DNA of 64,000 bases from Callorhinchus milii (taxonomy: Eukaryota). The DNA lies in NCBI RefSeq assembly GCF_018977255.1, contig NW_024704743.1, positions 90,150,001 through 90,214,000 on the forward strand, written 5' to 3'. The notes under the pieces are model-generated. The model was not told the origin of the DNA, searched no databases, and worked only from the letters and a program-made list of their open reading frames with translations. A program made the position numbers and the translations under genes. How positions within the stretch are numbered: position 1 is the first letter of the stretch; every line of letters begins with the position of its first letter. Below, one piece after another: positions 26,641-38,758 of this stretch.

Positions 26641-28799
26641 GAAAAATAAATACTGGTCATTCCAAAAATTCCTGGTAGCTTACTTATTTATCTAACTAAA
26701 ATCTACTCTCCCACCGAAGCTTTGGCAACAGATCTTGTTTTTCCTCTCACTGGATGGATTTGAAGAAAGTCTCTGTTCTTTTTAGTTTAGGGCACCATTT
26801 TCTGGTTAGTTGTGCTAGGACTGTGCACACTCCCCAATGACTGATGACTAATTTAGTGCAGATGAAAGAACATCTACCTGTCATTTCTCTGCATACATGT
26901 AGAGCTGCCACTCTGGTGCTGAGGAAACATTTGAGAATAAGAACTTGAGTAACAAATGGCAATAAATGCTACCATTATTGGAGCCTACATGAACATTTCT
27001 GTGCTCTTCTGTTGTCATGTTTCAATTGCCCAGGTTGAGAAGTTCTAAAAAATATTAAAGTTTCTCCACTTTCAAAAGCATTTAAAGGAGCATAAGAGCA
27101 ATTTACCATTGGGCGCTAGATTTATCGACTTGGGTGGGCAAAAGTTATCTTATTCTCCCCTCTACCGATAAATTTACCAATCACAGTGATGTGAGCTTAT
27201 AAAGGGAAACCTATAATTTCAAGCTCACGCTGCAAAGGTTGGTTTCAAGTGTTCTGATACAGTCTCCTGACATGAAAGGTGCAACATGAATGTACACTAC
27301 CACACAAAATTACATTGGTATAGTGCCTTTAAATTGTACTGGTCAACTATGAACCAGCAGAAATTTTGACCTGCTTGTCAAAAATACTGATGATAAAATT
27401 GCCCCTCCTTGGGTGTACATCTCAGCAATATCAACTTAGAATATATTTGGTAAGATGTTTTTTTGAATGATGGCATGGGAGTTTGTGGAGGGAAGGTTCA
27501 GTCAAAAGTCAAATAACATCACTGAAGAAATTGTGAGTTCTTTCCACAAACCCAACGCAGAAACTACTTTTATTTCCAACCTTGTAAGTCTCTTAGCTAA
27601 GCTCAGGCTGCAGAAGACCTGGAACCTCAATGAACAGCTCCCACAAATATACGAAGAAATAGTAAAAAAAGACAAACAAAAAGGCATTAGATCACTGACA
27701 TTCCCATGTCTGGAATGTGTAGTTTTTGTCTGTCAAGGTAGCTCTAAACTTGCTTTAAAAAATGAAGTTAGATAACCTGTGCACTCTAGAAGTATTGTTT
27801 CTGACACCATCTCCCAAGGCATTTCTTATTGCCCCCAATCCAATCTGCAGTTGATTTACATTTAACCTTGCTCCCCGAAAATATCCCGGCACCAGTAGAC
27901 AAAAGAAGCTGGTGGACATAACCTCAGGAGGAAAGAAAGATTACACTCTGGTCCCACGGAAGCATGTATCTCGGCAATCAGAGGGCAACTGAGAGTAGCT
28001 GCGGATTCTGTGATCTGGACTGTCTTAATCATCTTAGCTGAGAAAGGGAGCCTGGTAAGGCAGCAATAAAGTTTATCTCCATCTCCTTAGAGGGAGAGTA
28101 AGATGTTTCTCCGGTAGGGCACATCAATGTATTATTGCAACATGTCTCATTGTTTGTGGTTTGAGTAAAGCCTCCCATAGTAAGTTGGTGGTTTGGGTAA
28201 CAGGCTGAGTCTGAGGCTCAGACAGTCTCACCTGGGCGAACAAATAAACCAGACCAAGTGGCTTCTCCGTGGGAAAGAGTGAAGGAAGGCAACGATTCAT
28301 TGAGCAAGTCAACTCAGATATCTATCAAGTAATGCCTCGGAACTGGCTTTGGCAGAGACCTGGGAGTAGTGCATTTTTTTGGTTGCCTCCTCAGATGAAG
28401 AATGACAGGTAACATAAGCAGAGTTAAGGAGCAGATACCACAAAAATGGAGACAGGGAATTTCACAGGGAAGAGAACAAAGAGGATAAAATATACAAGAT
28501 AAAAAAGTTTAAACACGAGCATATTTTTTTAATAGTTTAGGAAGTTATCATGCAATATAACAAAAATGATATAAAGGAAAATGATATGTAACCAAACGTC
28601 AAATGTGAACATGTAGTTTCACATGCACAAACATCTGATGTATGTGAGCCCAAGGCAACCTGCAGCCTAACCTCCCTCAATCCTCCGCAATAACAATAGG
28701 AGTCAACTGCTGGCAATCTGCAAGTTGGATTTGCTCTGTGCACTGCAATGCATCTCTGTCAGTCTTTATTTCTAGACTTAAAGTGCTTCTTTCGTGTAA

Positions 28800-29060
28800 A
28801 GAAAGAACTTTTTTTATATAGTGCCTAACATATTGAAATGGTTCAAAATACTTCCAAAGTAATTACTGTCAAATTGTAGTGACTGTTTTGGAGGAAAAAC
28901 ATGGCAGCCATTTTGTGCCGGCAAGCTCCCACAAATTGCAGTGAAATAAGGATTACTGGCTAGGATACCAGAGGAACCCCTTTCTTATTTTTGAACCGTC
29001 TCGTGGGATCTCAACATCCACCTGAGCATGTAAACAAGACCATGGTCTACCGTCAAGATT
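28800..29060 (-). mobile_element. Degenerate Deu-type SINE
   Basis: ggcagccattttgtgccggcaagctcccacaaa body and tail. Confidence 0.6.
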
Positions 29061-29980
29061 GTGCAAGAACAATAACAATAACCTGCAGTTATATAGTGCC
29101 CATCACACAGGGTAGCATCTTAGAACGCTTAACACTGGTGCAGTCTGACACCAAGCCAGAGAGAATAAGATAAACTACTTTCCAAAAATATTACAGTGTT
29201 CCATTTACGTTTTGGAATCAGTAAATGTCTTAGCATTTTTTTATACAACACTGTAATCGAAAATTATTGACAAGTTTGATTTCTTTACAAAAGTTTCTGA
29301 GCTCCAGTCTCACTGTGGCCCATTGTTGTCTCACAACTGTTCGTACAGCACACGATTTATTAAATAATCCAAAACTCTCCGGAAGAACAGTAGCCATTGC
29401 TCTGCAAATTCATTCTAAACCAGAGAAAGGGCCCTCAACCCTTTGGCTTTCACGTAGCAGTAATGTTCTGAGTAAAAATACCTTCTCGCTTATCAGCATT
29501 AGCCAGTAACAATGGGAAAATCCCATTACGAACAGACATCATCAAAGTTTTTACAATTATGGCGAGATGAATTTCAACTCGATAGTTCTTTATAGTTGGT
29601 TAGTTTATCAACAGCTTAACAAGAAAAGCGTGTGTGCACTGTGAAACGACAGAACTTCCCAGTGCAAAATATGTTAAGAAAAGAAAGACAACTCAAATAG
29701 TTAACATGCAATATCCCCTTGCTAGAACATTCTTTGATACGTTGCAGCCTCCAATGTATGGCTCGTTTATTCGCGCCAATTAAAGTCTACAAAAGACTGC
29801 CTATGTAAAGATAGTTCTCATTACGAAATGCTTTTCACAGGATGCTATTAAGTAGCATAAAAAGAGATTACTGAAGTTCAATTTTCAAATGACTCAGAGA
29901 AGAGAAACACTGTGACTTTAATTCATAAGGATTATCCAATAAACTATCCATAGAAATCTACAAAAATGGAACATTCTTAC

Positions 29981-30201
29981 CTTGGTTCTGCGGCAGTCTC
30001 TCGAGTGACCCACTGCAAGTCTAGTCTGTACTGTCTATACCTGATACTAAAGCAGAACTTGCACAACGCACGCAACCCAACACCTGTGAGGGGATCAGTT
30101 CTCAAAATGACTAGCTGGAATTTTAGTTGGTACCTGCAGTCAGAAGCCTCGGTTTCCTGGATGGTAGGAAGTCTCCCAATCGTATAGAAAGCCCTGAACA
30201 T
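29981..30201 (-). CDS. Candidate additional alternative first exon of RIMS2 (MFRAFYTIGRLPTIQE...LQWVTRETAAEP-R, 73 codons)
   Basis: ATG-initiated non-repetitive ORF that ends exactly at a strong donor CCAAG|gtaaga. 221 nt gives phase 2, the phase needed to join the 13453 exon. Confidence 0.6.
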
Positions 30202-30512
30202 CCACCCTCTATAGATACAGCACTGTAAGCAAGAGCAATCCCACTGCCCACCGCACCAATCATTTACTCAGTTTCAGATGCAAACACCAATTCCTTCAGG
30301 AGACTAGATACATGATTTAGACATCTGAAAATCTTTGTTGTAGTACACTGTGGTTCTACCTGGGTATTGTAACCGTTAAAGTCGATTACAAGATTTACGA
30401 GACTCACAGCTACCATAGGTCCCCCTGCAGCAAGAGGCAGGATAAAAAATATTGCCAAGCAATCAGCTGCACCTGCTTCAAATCCCAGAGCACTTTCTAA
30501 AAGCAACAGCCA

Positions 30513-30840
30513 CAGTATCAGCAGCACAGCACAGCGCTGTATACACTGTGTTTAGACAGTATCAGCAGCACAGCGCTGTACATAGTATGTTTAGGCAGTA
30601 TCAGCAGCACAGCGCTGTATACAGTGTGCTTAGACAGTATCAGCAGCACAGCGCTGTATACAGTGTGCTTAGACAGTATCAGCAGCACAGCGCTGTATAC
30701 AGTGTGCTTAGACAGTATCAGCAGCACAGCGCTGTATACAGTGCGCTTAGACAGTATCAGCAGCCAACACAGCACCTTATACAATATGTTTAGACAGTAA
30801 CAGCAGCCAGAACAGCGCTGTATACAGTGTGTTTACAGAA
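30513..30840. repeat. 39-bp minisatellite (cagtatcagcagcacagcgctgtatacagtgtgcttaga)
   Basis: About 8 tandem units, the central ones identical; decays toward about 30990. Confidence 0.93.
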
Positions 30841-31727
30841 AAAAAACAGCAAAGCACTGAATACAATATGTTTACACAATATTAGCAGCACAGCACCTCA
30901 GTATGTTTATACAGTAGCAACAGCCCAGCACAGTGTGTTTACACAGCATCAGCCGTACCACACACAGTATATTTACACAGCAGCACTGCACACAGTGCTC
31001 TCTCTCTCCCCCTCCCCCGCTACAAGTGTACTTTGTTTGTCAGACGTATTATTTTTTTAAAATACAGGATTTCCTAAAAAAAAGTGCTATAGCCCCCCAT
31101 TGAAGATCCATTTTAGTGAGATTGGTGTACAGGACATAGATTAAAGCAAGATAACACTGTAATAAATATTATTAATATTCTATTTAACTACATTTGAACA
31201 GCTCACAAGAATGTTATGTATTCCCTTTAATGAGGGCTTGCAGTATGGATGTACAACGCAAGGCTATATTTGTACAGTTTGCAAACAATGAAATCCATTT
31301 TTTCATCTGAAAGTGGGACACGGCACCTCTTTTGACCCACTCTCCTTGACACTGAAGAGTTGCACAGCATCCTTTCGATAATGTTGCAAATGGGAAAAAA
31401 ATGTGCAGCACAGAAAAAATTGGCAGTCACAGGATCAAACATATTCCACTCGAAAATCAAGTCAAGACTCTCCTGAACCTATGCAAAGCACAGAATTTAA
31501 ATTTCTCATCTTAGTTCTTATGGATCACTGAAAGGATGATTTTCTTAGATTTTAAGGCAGTTCCCATCTATTTGAAACCACTCTGTGCAGACAGTATTCC
31601 AACTTTTCAATCTACACCAACATGCGTTTTACAATATTGGAAGCTAGGCGTTTTAATCATTACGCAGGGTCATTTTCTAAAGAGATGGTATCTTTCCCTT
31701 CAATTCTATGAGATGTGATTTACTCAC

Positions 31728-31852
31728 CGAATGCTGTTTAAAGCTTGCTCAAAAAGCTCACTTTGAAGAAGAATGTTATGATCATTCGAGAAAGCATCAT
31801 TTAAACTGGTTAAAACAGAGCTGCAGAACTGACGCAGTGCCTCAAATTGCAT
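31728..31852 (-). CDS. RIMS2: RIM2beta-type alternative first coding exon (MQFEALRQFCSSVLTSLNDAFSNDHNILLQSELFEQALNSI-R)
   Basis: Manual translation from ATG at 31852. Consensus donor CG|gtgagt at 31728. 125 nt gives phase 2, in frame with the 13453 exon. Closely resembles the mammalian RIM2beta N-terminus as I recall it (MQFETLRQVCNSVLSHF...NILQNELFGQTLNNA). Confidence 0.9.
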
Positions 31853-32350
31853 CTTCAGCTCCTACCCTTGTACTGTAAACGCCGTCTACCTCGTATGTAT
31901 CATCAAATGCCAAATGTCAATCAAGTACTCCGAGTCCTCCTGATCTGTGTGAAAAGTACGCTTTAATGAACACCGGTCAATAGTTAATTGTTCAAACACT
32001 GGTCGCTAATTCAGCCAGAACAGCTAAGCACTTTAAACGCCGTGACTGACTGTGGTAATAATGCTTTGCTGCACTGAGAGTTTCCCCATTCCCAGATGCA
32101 GTGTTGAGCGTTCACAGATTCGTAATATCTCAATGCTTATTAAACAAACACAAGGGCTTGATTCTTTTCATCAGGAATTCAAGCACATCTGGCTGCCAGC
32201 AATCAGGTCTCTAAAGTAATCAGAGTGAGGGAGTAAAGAAAACACTAACTCGCTGTGTGTGGAAGAGGGGAAAAGCAGCTCTTCTGCAAATCAAAAGAAA
32301 TAATCTGCTCATCTGCAATTGCACCATAAGGGAATAGGATATTTTAGAAT
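31853..32350 (-). promoter_or_regulatory. Putative internal promoter/5' UTR of the RIM2beta-type isoform
   Basis: Repeat-free sequence directly upstream of the beta first-exon ATG. Position inferred; no TSS can be fixed from sequence. Confidence 0.4.
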
Positions 32351-33019
32351 AACTGGAATATATCAATTAATATTAATGTAATTATACACAAAAAAGTTCA
32401 TCCTCTATTTTGCAAACGTTACATTTCTGTAAAATGCACACTTATTTTGCACCAAAAACATAACAGTTGTGACAGTCTCCTCACCAGCCCAATTCACTAT
32501 TAATGATTTGCCACAAAATAATAAGGAGGAGAACCTTACTGGTTGTAAAGAGAGAGACGCCAAGGTATCAAGTTACAGATACATGCAAGTCCCCTGGCTG
32601 GTGAGCGACATTAATGCCAAACCATCGTGGAGCCAAAGGTGCATCTATAATTCATCCCTCACCAGCTATTATTCCATAATTAATGTGCGAGTTGATAAAA
32701 TCCTACATGTATTCCATATACTCATAAGTTATTAATTATATATGTATTACATATATTGTTCAGCAAACATTTTAACAAGTTTGTTCCAAAACATCCAAAG
32801 TTAGTAGCATGGTGCCACCTTATGTTGCAGTACCATCGCACAATATCACAAAGACGTGGGGACTGGGTTCAAGATCGTGACTCCTTCACATCATTGCTTC
32901 TTAACATTAATACCATTCCCCGTACTCTGGCTTGTTCTGGGTATAATTCCACAGCAGATCTATCCACCACCATACTGATTCGGGCCAAAATGGCCATTGT
33001 TTACGTGTGAGCATTACTG

Positions 33020-33240
33020 ACGAATGTTGGCTATTGATTGCAGCAGAGATTCATGCTGTCCTCACCCAATACACACACACCCCAAGCAGGGAACATGATT
33101 AGTAACCAGAAGCAGGAATCCTGGCTGTTTTTTTCCCGCGTGGGCAAATCGCAGCATCCCAATTGCTGCCCAGCTGAGGTTAGCACAGACCAGGAATCAA
33201 ATCTGGGACCTGACTGTCTGTATGGATCAGTTCCAAATCA
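33020..33240 (-). mobile_element. Old SINE-like repeat, family Y (other copies about 34190-34375 minus, 44400-44640 plus)
   Basis: Shared motifs ctcagctgggcagca and aaaaa(t)cagccaggattcc between copies. Confidence 0.55.
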
Positions 33241-34932
33241 AGATTACATTTACATTTCTGTTTTCTGTGCGGAAGTTCCGAGCAAGAGGATGGACTCTTC
33301 ATCCCAAGCAAGGGTAAATCAGAGAGCAGCACACCAAAGCACTTGGGTTATGAGCTGGACAGAGGAACAACATACTATAGGATACCTGCATTATTTCTTG
33401 CTCAGAGCTGGTATGTTGTTTTAGAAAAACAAAGAACAGGAGAAGAACACAGTGTGGCAACAAAGGAGTTTATACCCTTACATTAGAAACTATAATAAGA
33501 TTAAAAATAATCACCCTAGACACATTATAAACTTGATTGAGATCTGAGCCAAGTAACTAACATTTGTGACGAATAATTGAGACTTCCACAATTGGTCACT
33601 TTACACAGTTAAAGTGGTGCTGTCTTTATTTCTGAGGGAAAGGACAGCCAGACTGACATCATGATATTTTCCACTGCAACAACATCACTTTTAACCAAAA
33701 GGTATTGTGTCATTATGTTGTGATGTTTATTAAGCACTTTTCAATGAAGGCAGCATCGTTTGGGGAGGAGGTGTGATTGTTGCTGTTTTTTTTTGTCTCC
33801 CATTCCTCTCCTGGTGCCATTATTGACTTCCGTCTTCTTTCACTTTGGGACACAGTCAAGTGACCATCTTTGTTACACTCATTCTCAGACGGACATGGGC
33901 AACGTTGACATTTATTGCCCATCCCTCCTTACCTTGAGAAGGAGATTGCGTGGTCATCTCTTTAAAAACCAGTCAGTCCTGCGGCAACGTGTTCCCACAA
34001 TGATGGTAGATAAGGAAAACTAGGATTTTGACCGAGAGATGCTGAACATTCAATGATATGTACAACAGCGATATCCAAGTCAGGCCTGTGTGTTGGACAA
34101 TAAATTGGAGGTAGTAGTTTTCCCATAATGCTGCTGCTGTTGATATTTCTCATTTGTAATTTTCAACAGTATCAGCAGGTGAGACAACTGTGGGCAACAC
34201 TGCAGTGAAGGCTGATCTGGTCTTCACCCAACTTCTAGCAGGGATCTCTGGACAGTAATCAGGAGGCAGAACCTCTGCTGAGTTTTCAGCTCCCTTACAC
34301 CAAGGTCAATTGGCACCAAGGCCAACTGAAATCAGCTAACTCAATCCAGACGAAGAACCTGCAACCTTCAGGTCAGCATTGATAGAGCCATAAAACTCCT
34401 AGGCTGTAGAGGAAACTCCATGCTTCCACCTCAAATGTTCCCGGACACCAACGTCAGCAAAATACCCTTTTCCAGCTATTAAGGTGGTGATGCTTCTCAG
34501 GCACACACTCTTCATGCTTCGTATCAAGATGGGAAGGTAAAGAGGTCTAGACTATAGATCTCTCTATGACCACTATCAACGTAACCAACTGCAAGGCAGT
34601 GCAATGTGGATAGATCAACTCTAATTTGGATTTTTTTTCTACATTGCCCACTAATACGTGGACTAGCTAAGAACTGACAAGAAAGGCCCAGTAGACGTAA
34701 CATAACCCTTCCTGAAGATGATTCCAATCTTCTCCTTGGGAGTCACATTCTTGGCCATTATTGGATAGTATTTAATCTCGAAATGACTGAAATCTCAATG
34801 TTTCAGAATGGCCCAAAACAATCATTGCAATACTGTCCATAACAAACACACTGAACTTAGCTCTTTCTCACCTCAATGTGGTAACAATTGCTGCTGCTAA
34901 TTAACGTGAAGACTGAACTTTCAATCGATTTG

Positions 34933-35007
34933 TGATCCATAGTAAATAACTGTGGAGGGAGGCGAGTGGCACATCCACTTCCCCCTACAGTTATTTACTG
35001 TTGATCA
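34933..35007. repeat. Imperfect hairpin, about 75 nt
   Basis: agtaaataactgt (34941-53) pairs perfectly with acagttatttact (34987-99); tgatc/gatca pair outside and ggga/tccc inside. Confidence 0.75.
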
Positions 35008-35020
35008 ATTCAATTAAACA

Positions 35021-36530
35021 TTGAAGTTTAATGTACAGAAATGCAAAGTGATGCATTTTGGGAGGAAGATTGAGGAGAGGCCATATAAGCTGATGGTACA
35101 ATCTTAAAAGGGGTGAAGGAACAGAGAGACCTGAGGGCTCATATAAGTAAATCTTTGAAGGTGGCAGGACAGGTAGATACAGCTGTTAAAAAAGCATATG
35201 GGATACAAGGCTTTATAAATAGGGGCGTAGGATACAAAAGTCAGGAAGTTATGATGAACCTTTATAAACCACTGGTTGGACCTCAGCTGGAGACTGTGTT
35301 CAGTTCTGGGCACCAACTTTAGGAAGGATGTCAAGGCATTGGAAAGGGTGTAAACGAGATTTACCAGGATGGTACCAGGAATGAGGGACTTCAGTTATGA
35401 GGAGAGGCTAGAGAAGCGAGGATTATTCAACTCACTGCCAGTCAGGAACCTAGGTGTTCTTGTTCGACACTCAACTGTCTTTTCTTCCCCACATGCCAAG
35501 CCATTACCCGCTCTGCCTTCCCTCACCTCCATAACATCGCCCGACTCCGCCACTACCTCACCCCTCAGGCCGCTGAAACTCTTGTTCTTGCCTTCATCAC
35601 CTCCAGGCTCGACAGGCCCTGCTTGTCGGCCTTCCCAACTCCTCCCTCCACAGGCTGCAGATAATCCAGAACTCTGCAGCGTGTGTCCTCTCCCGCACCA
35701 AACTCTGTGACCCCATCTCACCCACTCTCGCCCGACTCCATTGGCTCAAGATGCTGGTCCTCACCTACAAAGCCGTCCATGGCCTCGCCCCACCCTACCT
35801 CTTCGACCTCTTAACCCCCTACCAACCCGCCTGCTCCCTCCGCTCAGCCGGCTCTGGCCTGCTCCACGTCCCTGACCCACCCGCCCCACCATTGGCGGGA
35901 GAACCTTCAGCCACTCTGTCCCCAACCTCTGGAATTCAATCCCCCAATCACTCCGCCTCGCCCCTCCTTAGCCTCCTTCAAGTCCCACCTCAAAACCCTC
36001 CTCTTTAATCATGCCATCGGTCACCCCCCTTCCCCTCCCCTCCCTTCTCCCCCCCCAACCCCAGCTCAGGTCTGACATGCTGTACACTGTCCAGTGCCTT
36101 GGGACGTCCTCCCAACATGAAAGGCGCTATGCAAATGTAATCTTGTTGTTGTTGTATGCTCCTTGGAGCAGAGAAGGTTAAGAGGAAATTTAATAGAAGT
36201 TTTCAAAATTATGAGGGGATTTCATAGAGTGAACAAGGAGAATTTTTTCCACTTGTAGGTGCTTCAGTAACCTGAGGACACCAATTTAAAATGGTTGTTA
36301 AAAGAGGGCAGGTGAGAATTTTTTTATCACAGCAAGTTGTTTGGATCTGGAATGCATTGCCTGAAAGGGTGGTGGAAGCCCAATTCAATAACAACTTTTA
36401 AGAGAGATAATTATTTGCATAGGACAAGTTTGCAGGGGAGAGAGCTGGGGAATGGGATTGAATTGGATAGCTCTTTTCAAAGAGCCAGCACAGATACGCT
36501 GGGCCGAATGGCCTCCTTCTGTGCTGTATA
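35021..36530 (+). mobile_element. CR1-type LINE 3' region split by an L2 insertion
   Basis: KFNVQKCKVMHFGR...RDLRAHI...LYKPLVGPQLE...GMRDFSYEERLEKRGL ends at about 35426 and resumes at about 36157 (tccttggagcagagaagg), ending in gggccgaatggcctccttctgtgctgta. Confidence 0.88.
35427..36154 (+). mobile_element. L2 3' fragment nested in CR1
   Basis: VRNLGV...LTYKAVHGLAPPYL motifs; (ttg)n tail at about 36145. Confidence 0.88.
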
Positions 36531-38083
36531 CAAATGACATTCTGTCCATTTGCGACCAGGACTCCCTCTGCCACCTCGTCCTCCTTGACCTCTCTGTTGC
36601 TCTGGGTGTGGCCTCCTCCTTGTCCCCCGAGTCCTCCGCTCCACCCTCAGTGGCCGTGCCTTCAGCCACTATGTCCCGAGGCTCTGGAACTGCCTTCCTC
36701 ACTCCCTTCGCCTCGCTCCCTCCCTTCCCATTTTCAGGTCTCTGCTGAAGACCTTTCTTTTCGACCGCGCCTTTTTTTCACCTTCCTCCCCCTCCCCCTG
36801 GCTCGGTCCCGGGATCCGTTACTGTAAAGCGCTCTAAGGCGCCGTCCGGCGTGGAGGGCGCTATATAAATCCAAGTTGTTGTTGTTGACACCGTCAACCA
36901 CTCTATCTTCATCCACCGCCTTTCCTCTCAACTCAACCTTCACGGCTCTGTCCTTGACTGGTTCCGATCCTACCTCTCACACTGCTTCCACCATCTCCCC
37001 AAACGGCTTCTCCTCCAGCCTCCGCACCGTCTCATGCGGCGTTCCTCAGGGCTCTGTCCTTGGTCACCTCCTCTTCAATATCTATATGCTCCCTCTTGGT
37101 GACATGGGGTCAACTTCTACATGTATGCGGATGACACCAACTCTACCTCTCTGCCTCCACCCTTGACTCCAGGACCACTGCTGTCCTGACAGAATGTCTG
37201 TCGGACATCAAGTCCTGGATGAGAGCTAACTTTCTACAGTTCAACAAGACCGAGGCTGAATCTCTTGATTGGCTCCTGTCAGCGCCTTCTCAACTGAGGC
37301 ACTGAGAGAATCACCGTCCATGGTTGCACACTCAACCTTGCTAAGCCAGTCCGGAACCTTGGGGTCTCAACTATCCTTTCTACCCCACATCTGCGTCATG
37401 ACCCGCTCTGCGTTCCTCCACCTCCGCAACGTCGCCTGGCTCCGACACTATCTCACGCCGCAGGCCAGCGAAACCCTCATACACACCTTCATTACATCGA
37501 GGCTCAACAATGCAAACTCACTGCTTGTCGGCCTCCCCAACTCCTCCCTCCACAGGCTGCAGATCATCCAGAACTCTGCAGCCCGTGTCCTCTCCCGCAC
37601 TAGGCTCCACGACCCTATCACCCCCATCCTTGCCCAACTCCCCTGGCTTCCCATCACACAGAGGATACAGTTCAAGATCCAGGCCCTCAACTTCAAAACC
37701 CTCCATGGTCTTGCTCCCCCTACCTCTGCAACCTCCTAACCCCCTACCATCCTGCCCGCTCCCTCCTCTCAGCGGGCTCCAGCTTGCTTCACATCCCCCA
37801 CCTCGCTCACCCCATTATTGGAGGGAAGGCTTTTTGCCACTCTGCCCCCACCCTCTGGAACTCCATCCTGCAGTCCCTCTGCCTCGCCCCCTCCCTCGCC
37901 CCCTTCAAGACCCATCTCAAGACCCTCCTCTTCGACCGTGCCTTTGATCTCCCTGCTTGCCCCCCTGCCCTCCACCCTCCCCGGCCCCCAGCTTGGGCTC
38001 GTAATTGTGTCTGTCCAGCACCTTGGGACGTCCTCCTGACATAAAATGCGCTTTGCAAGTGTAATTTTGTTGTTGTTGTTGTT
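36531..38083 (+). mobile_element. L2 LINE with degenerate reverse-transcriptase region, interrupted by a second L2 tail (about 36601-36886)
   Basis: NDIL...LVLLDLSVA | DTVNHSI...[29 protein letters not shown] (tatgcggatgacaccaactctac), QNSAARVL, LWNSI, (ttg)n tail; several frameshifts. Confidence 0.92.
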
Positions 38084-38653
38084 GAGTTTGCATTAGTGCT
38101 CTGAGACACCAAATGCTTATAGGATCGTAAATTTACTCCCTATATTTGCTTACATAATTACAGATATGATTCAGATCCCTGCTTAACACAGATTTACTAC
38201 TCAACTAAGAAGTGATTCAAGAAAAGGAAAGGTGTGTGAAAGAGCAGAGTTCAGTACATAATCTGGAACAAAGAAGATACATTGAGAAACAGCTGATTCA
38301 AAAAGGTAGCTTTTTTAAATAAAAATCTATGTTTTACTGGTGAGGACGTTTTCTAAATGATCCCAGGGAGGTACCGTCCAGGTTTGGTTAATTTGCCACT
38401 TAGAATTGACATTTAAATCCATAGGAAACGAAAACTGCAGGGCTAAGCATCCGCGTGCCTCTGTATTTTGTGTCACATCCACGTGTGTTTTGTCAGTTGA
38501 CAATATTCTGCAGAACTGCCAGGCTAAATTTAGAAAGGAGCAGCAGAATGCACTAACAGTAGCAATACGATCTTCTGTGCCTCAAGGAGAAAATAGGTTT
38601 CCAATCCAGTTACTGTAGTCTTCGTGTTGGGAGAGTGTGGGGGGAGGTGGGGG

Positions 38654-38758
38654 ATTGTTACGTATCCTCCATGATCCCCCATCAGTGGTCTTCTCCACCT
38701 GCGGCTGTAGGAGGTGGAGAAGACCACTGATGGGAGATCATAGGGGGTACATCACAAT
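38654..38758. repeat. Hairpin/inverted repeat, 47-bp arms, 11-nt loop
   Basis: 38678-38700 pairs perfectly (23 bp) with 38712-38734; pairing continues outward with a few mismatches. Confidence 0.9.

Noticed and set aside
30452..30793. ORFs with 13-aa repeats (RQYQQHSAVYSVL) on both strands
   Set aside because: By-product of the 39-bp minisatellite; no splice or start evidence. Not a CRISPR array because there are no unique spacers.
30513..30840. Resemblance of the repeat unit (tcagca...acagcgc) to the REST/RE1 motif
   Set aside because: Lacks the CACC and GGAC cores and the canonical spacing.
36876..38044. Reverse-transcriptase-like ORFs
   Set aside because: Frameshifted, 5'-truncated L2 relic; not an intact or domesticated gene.
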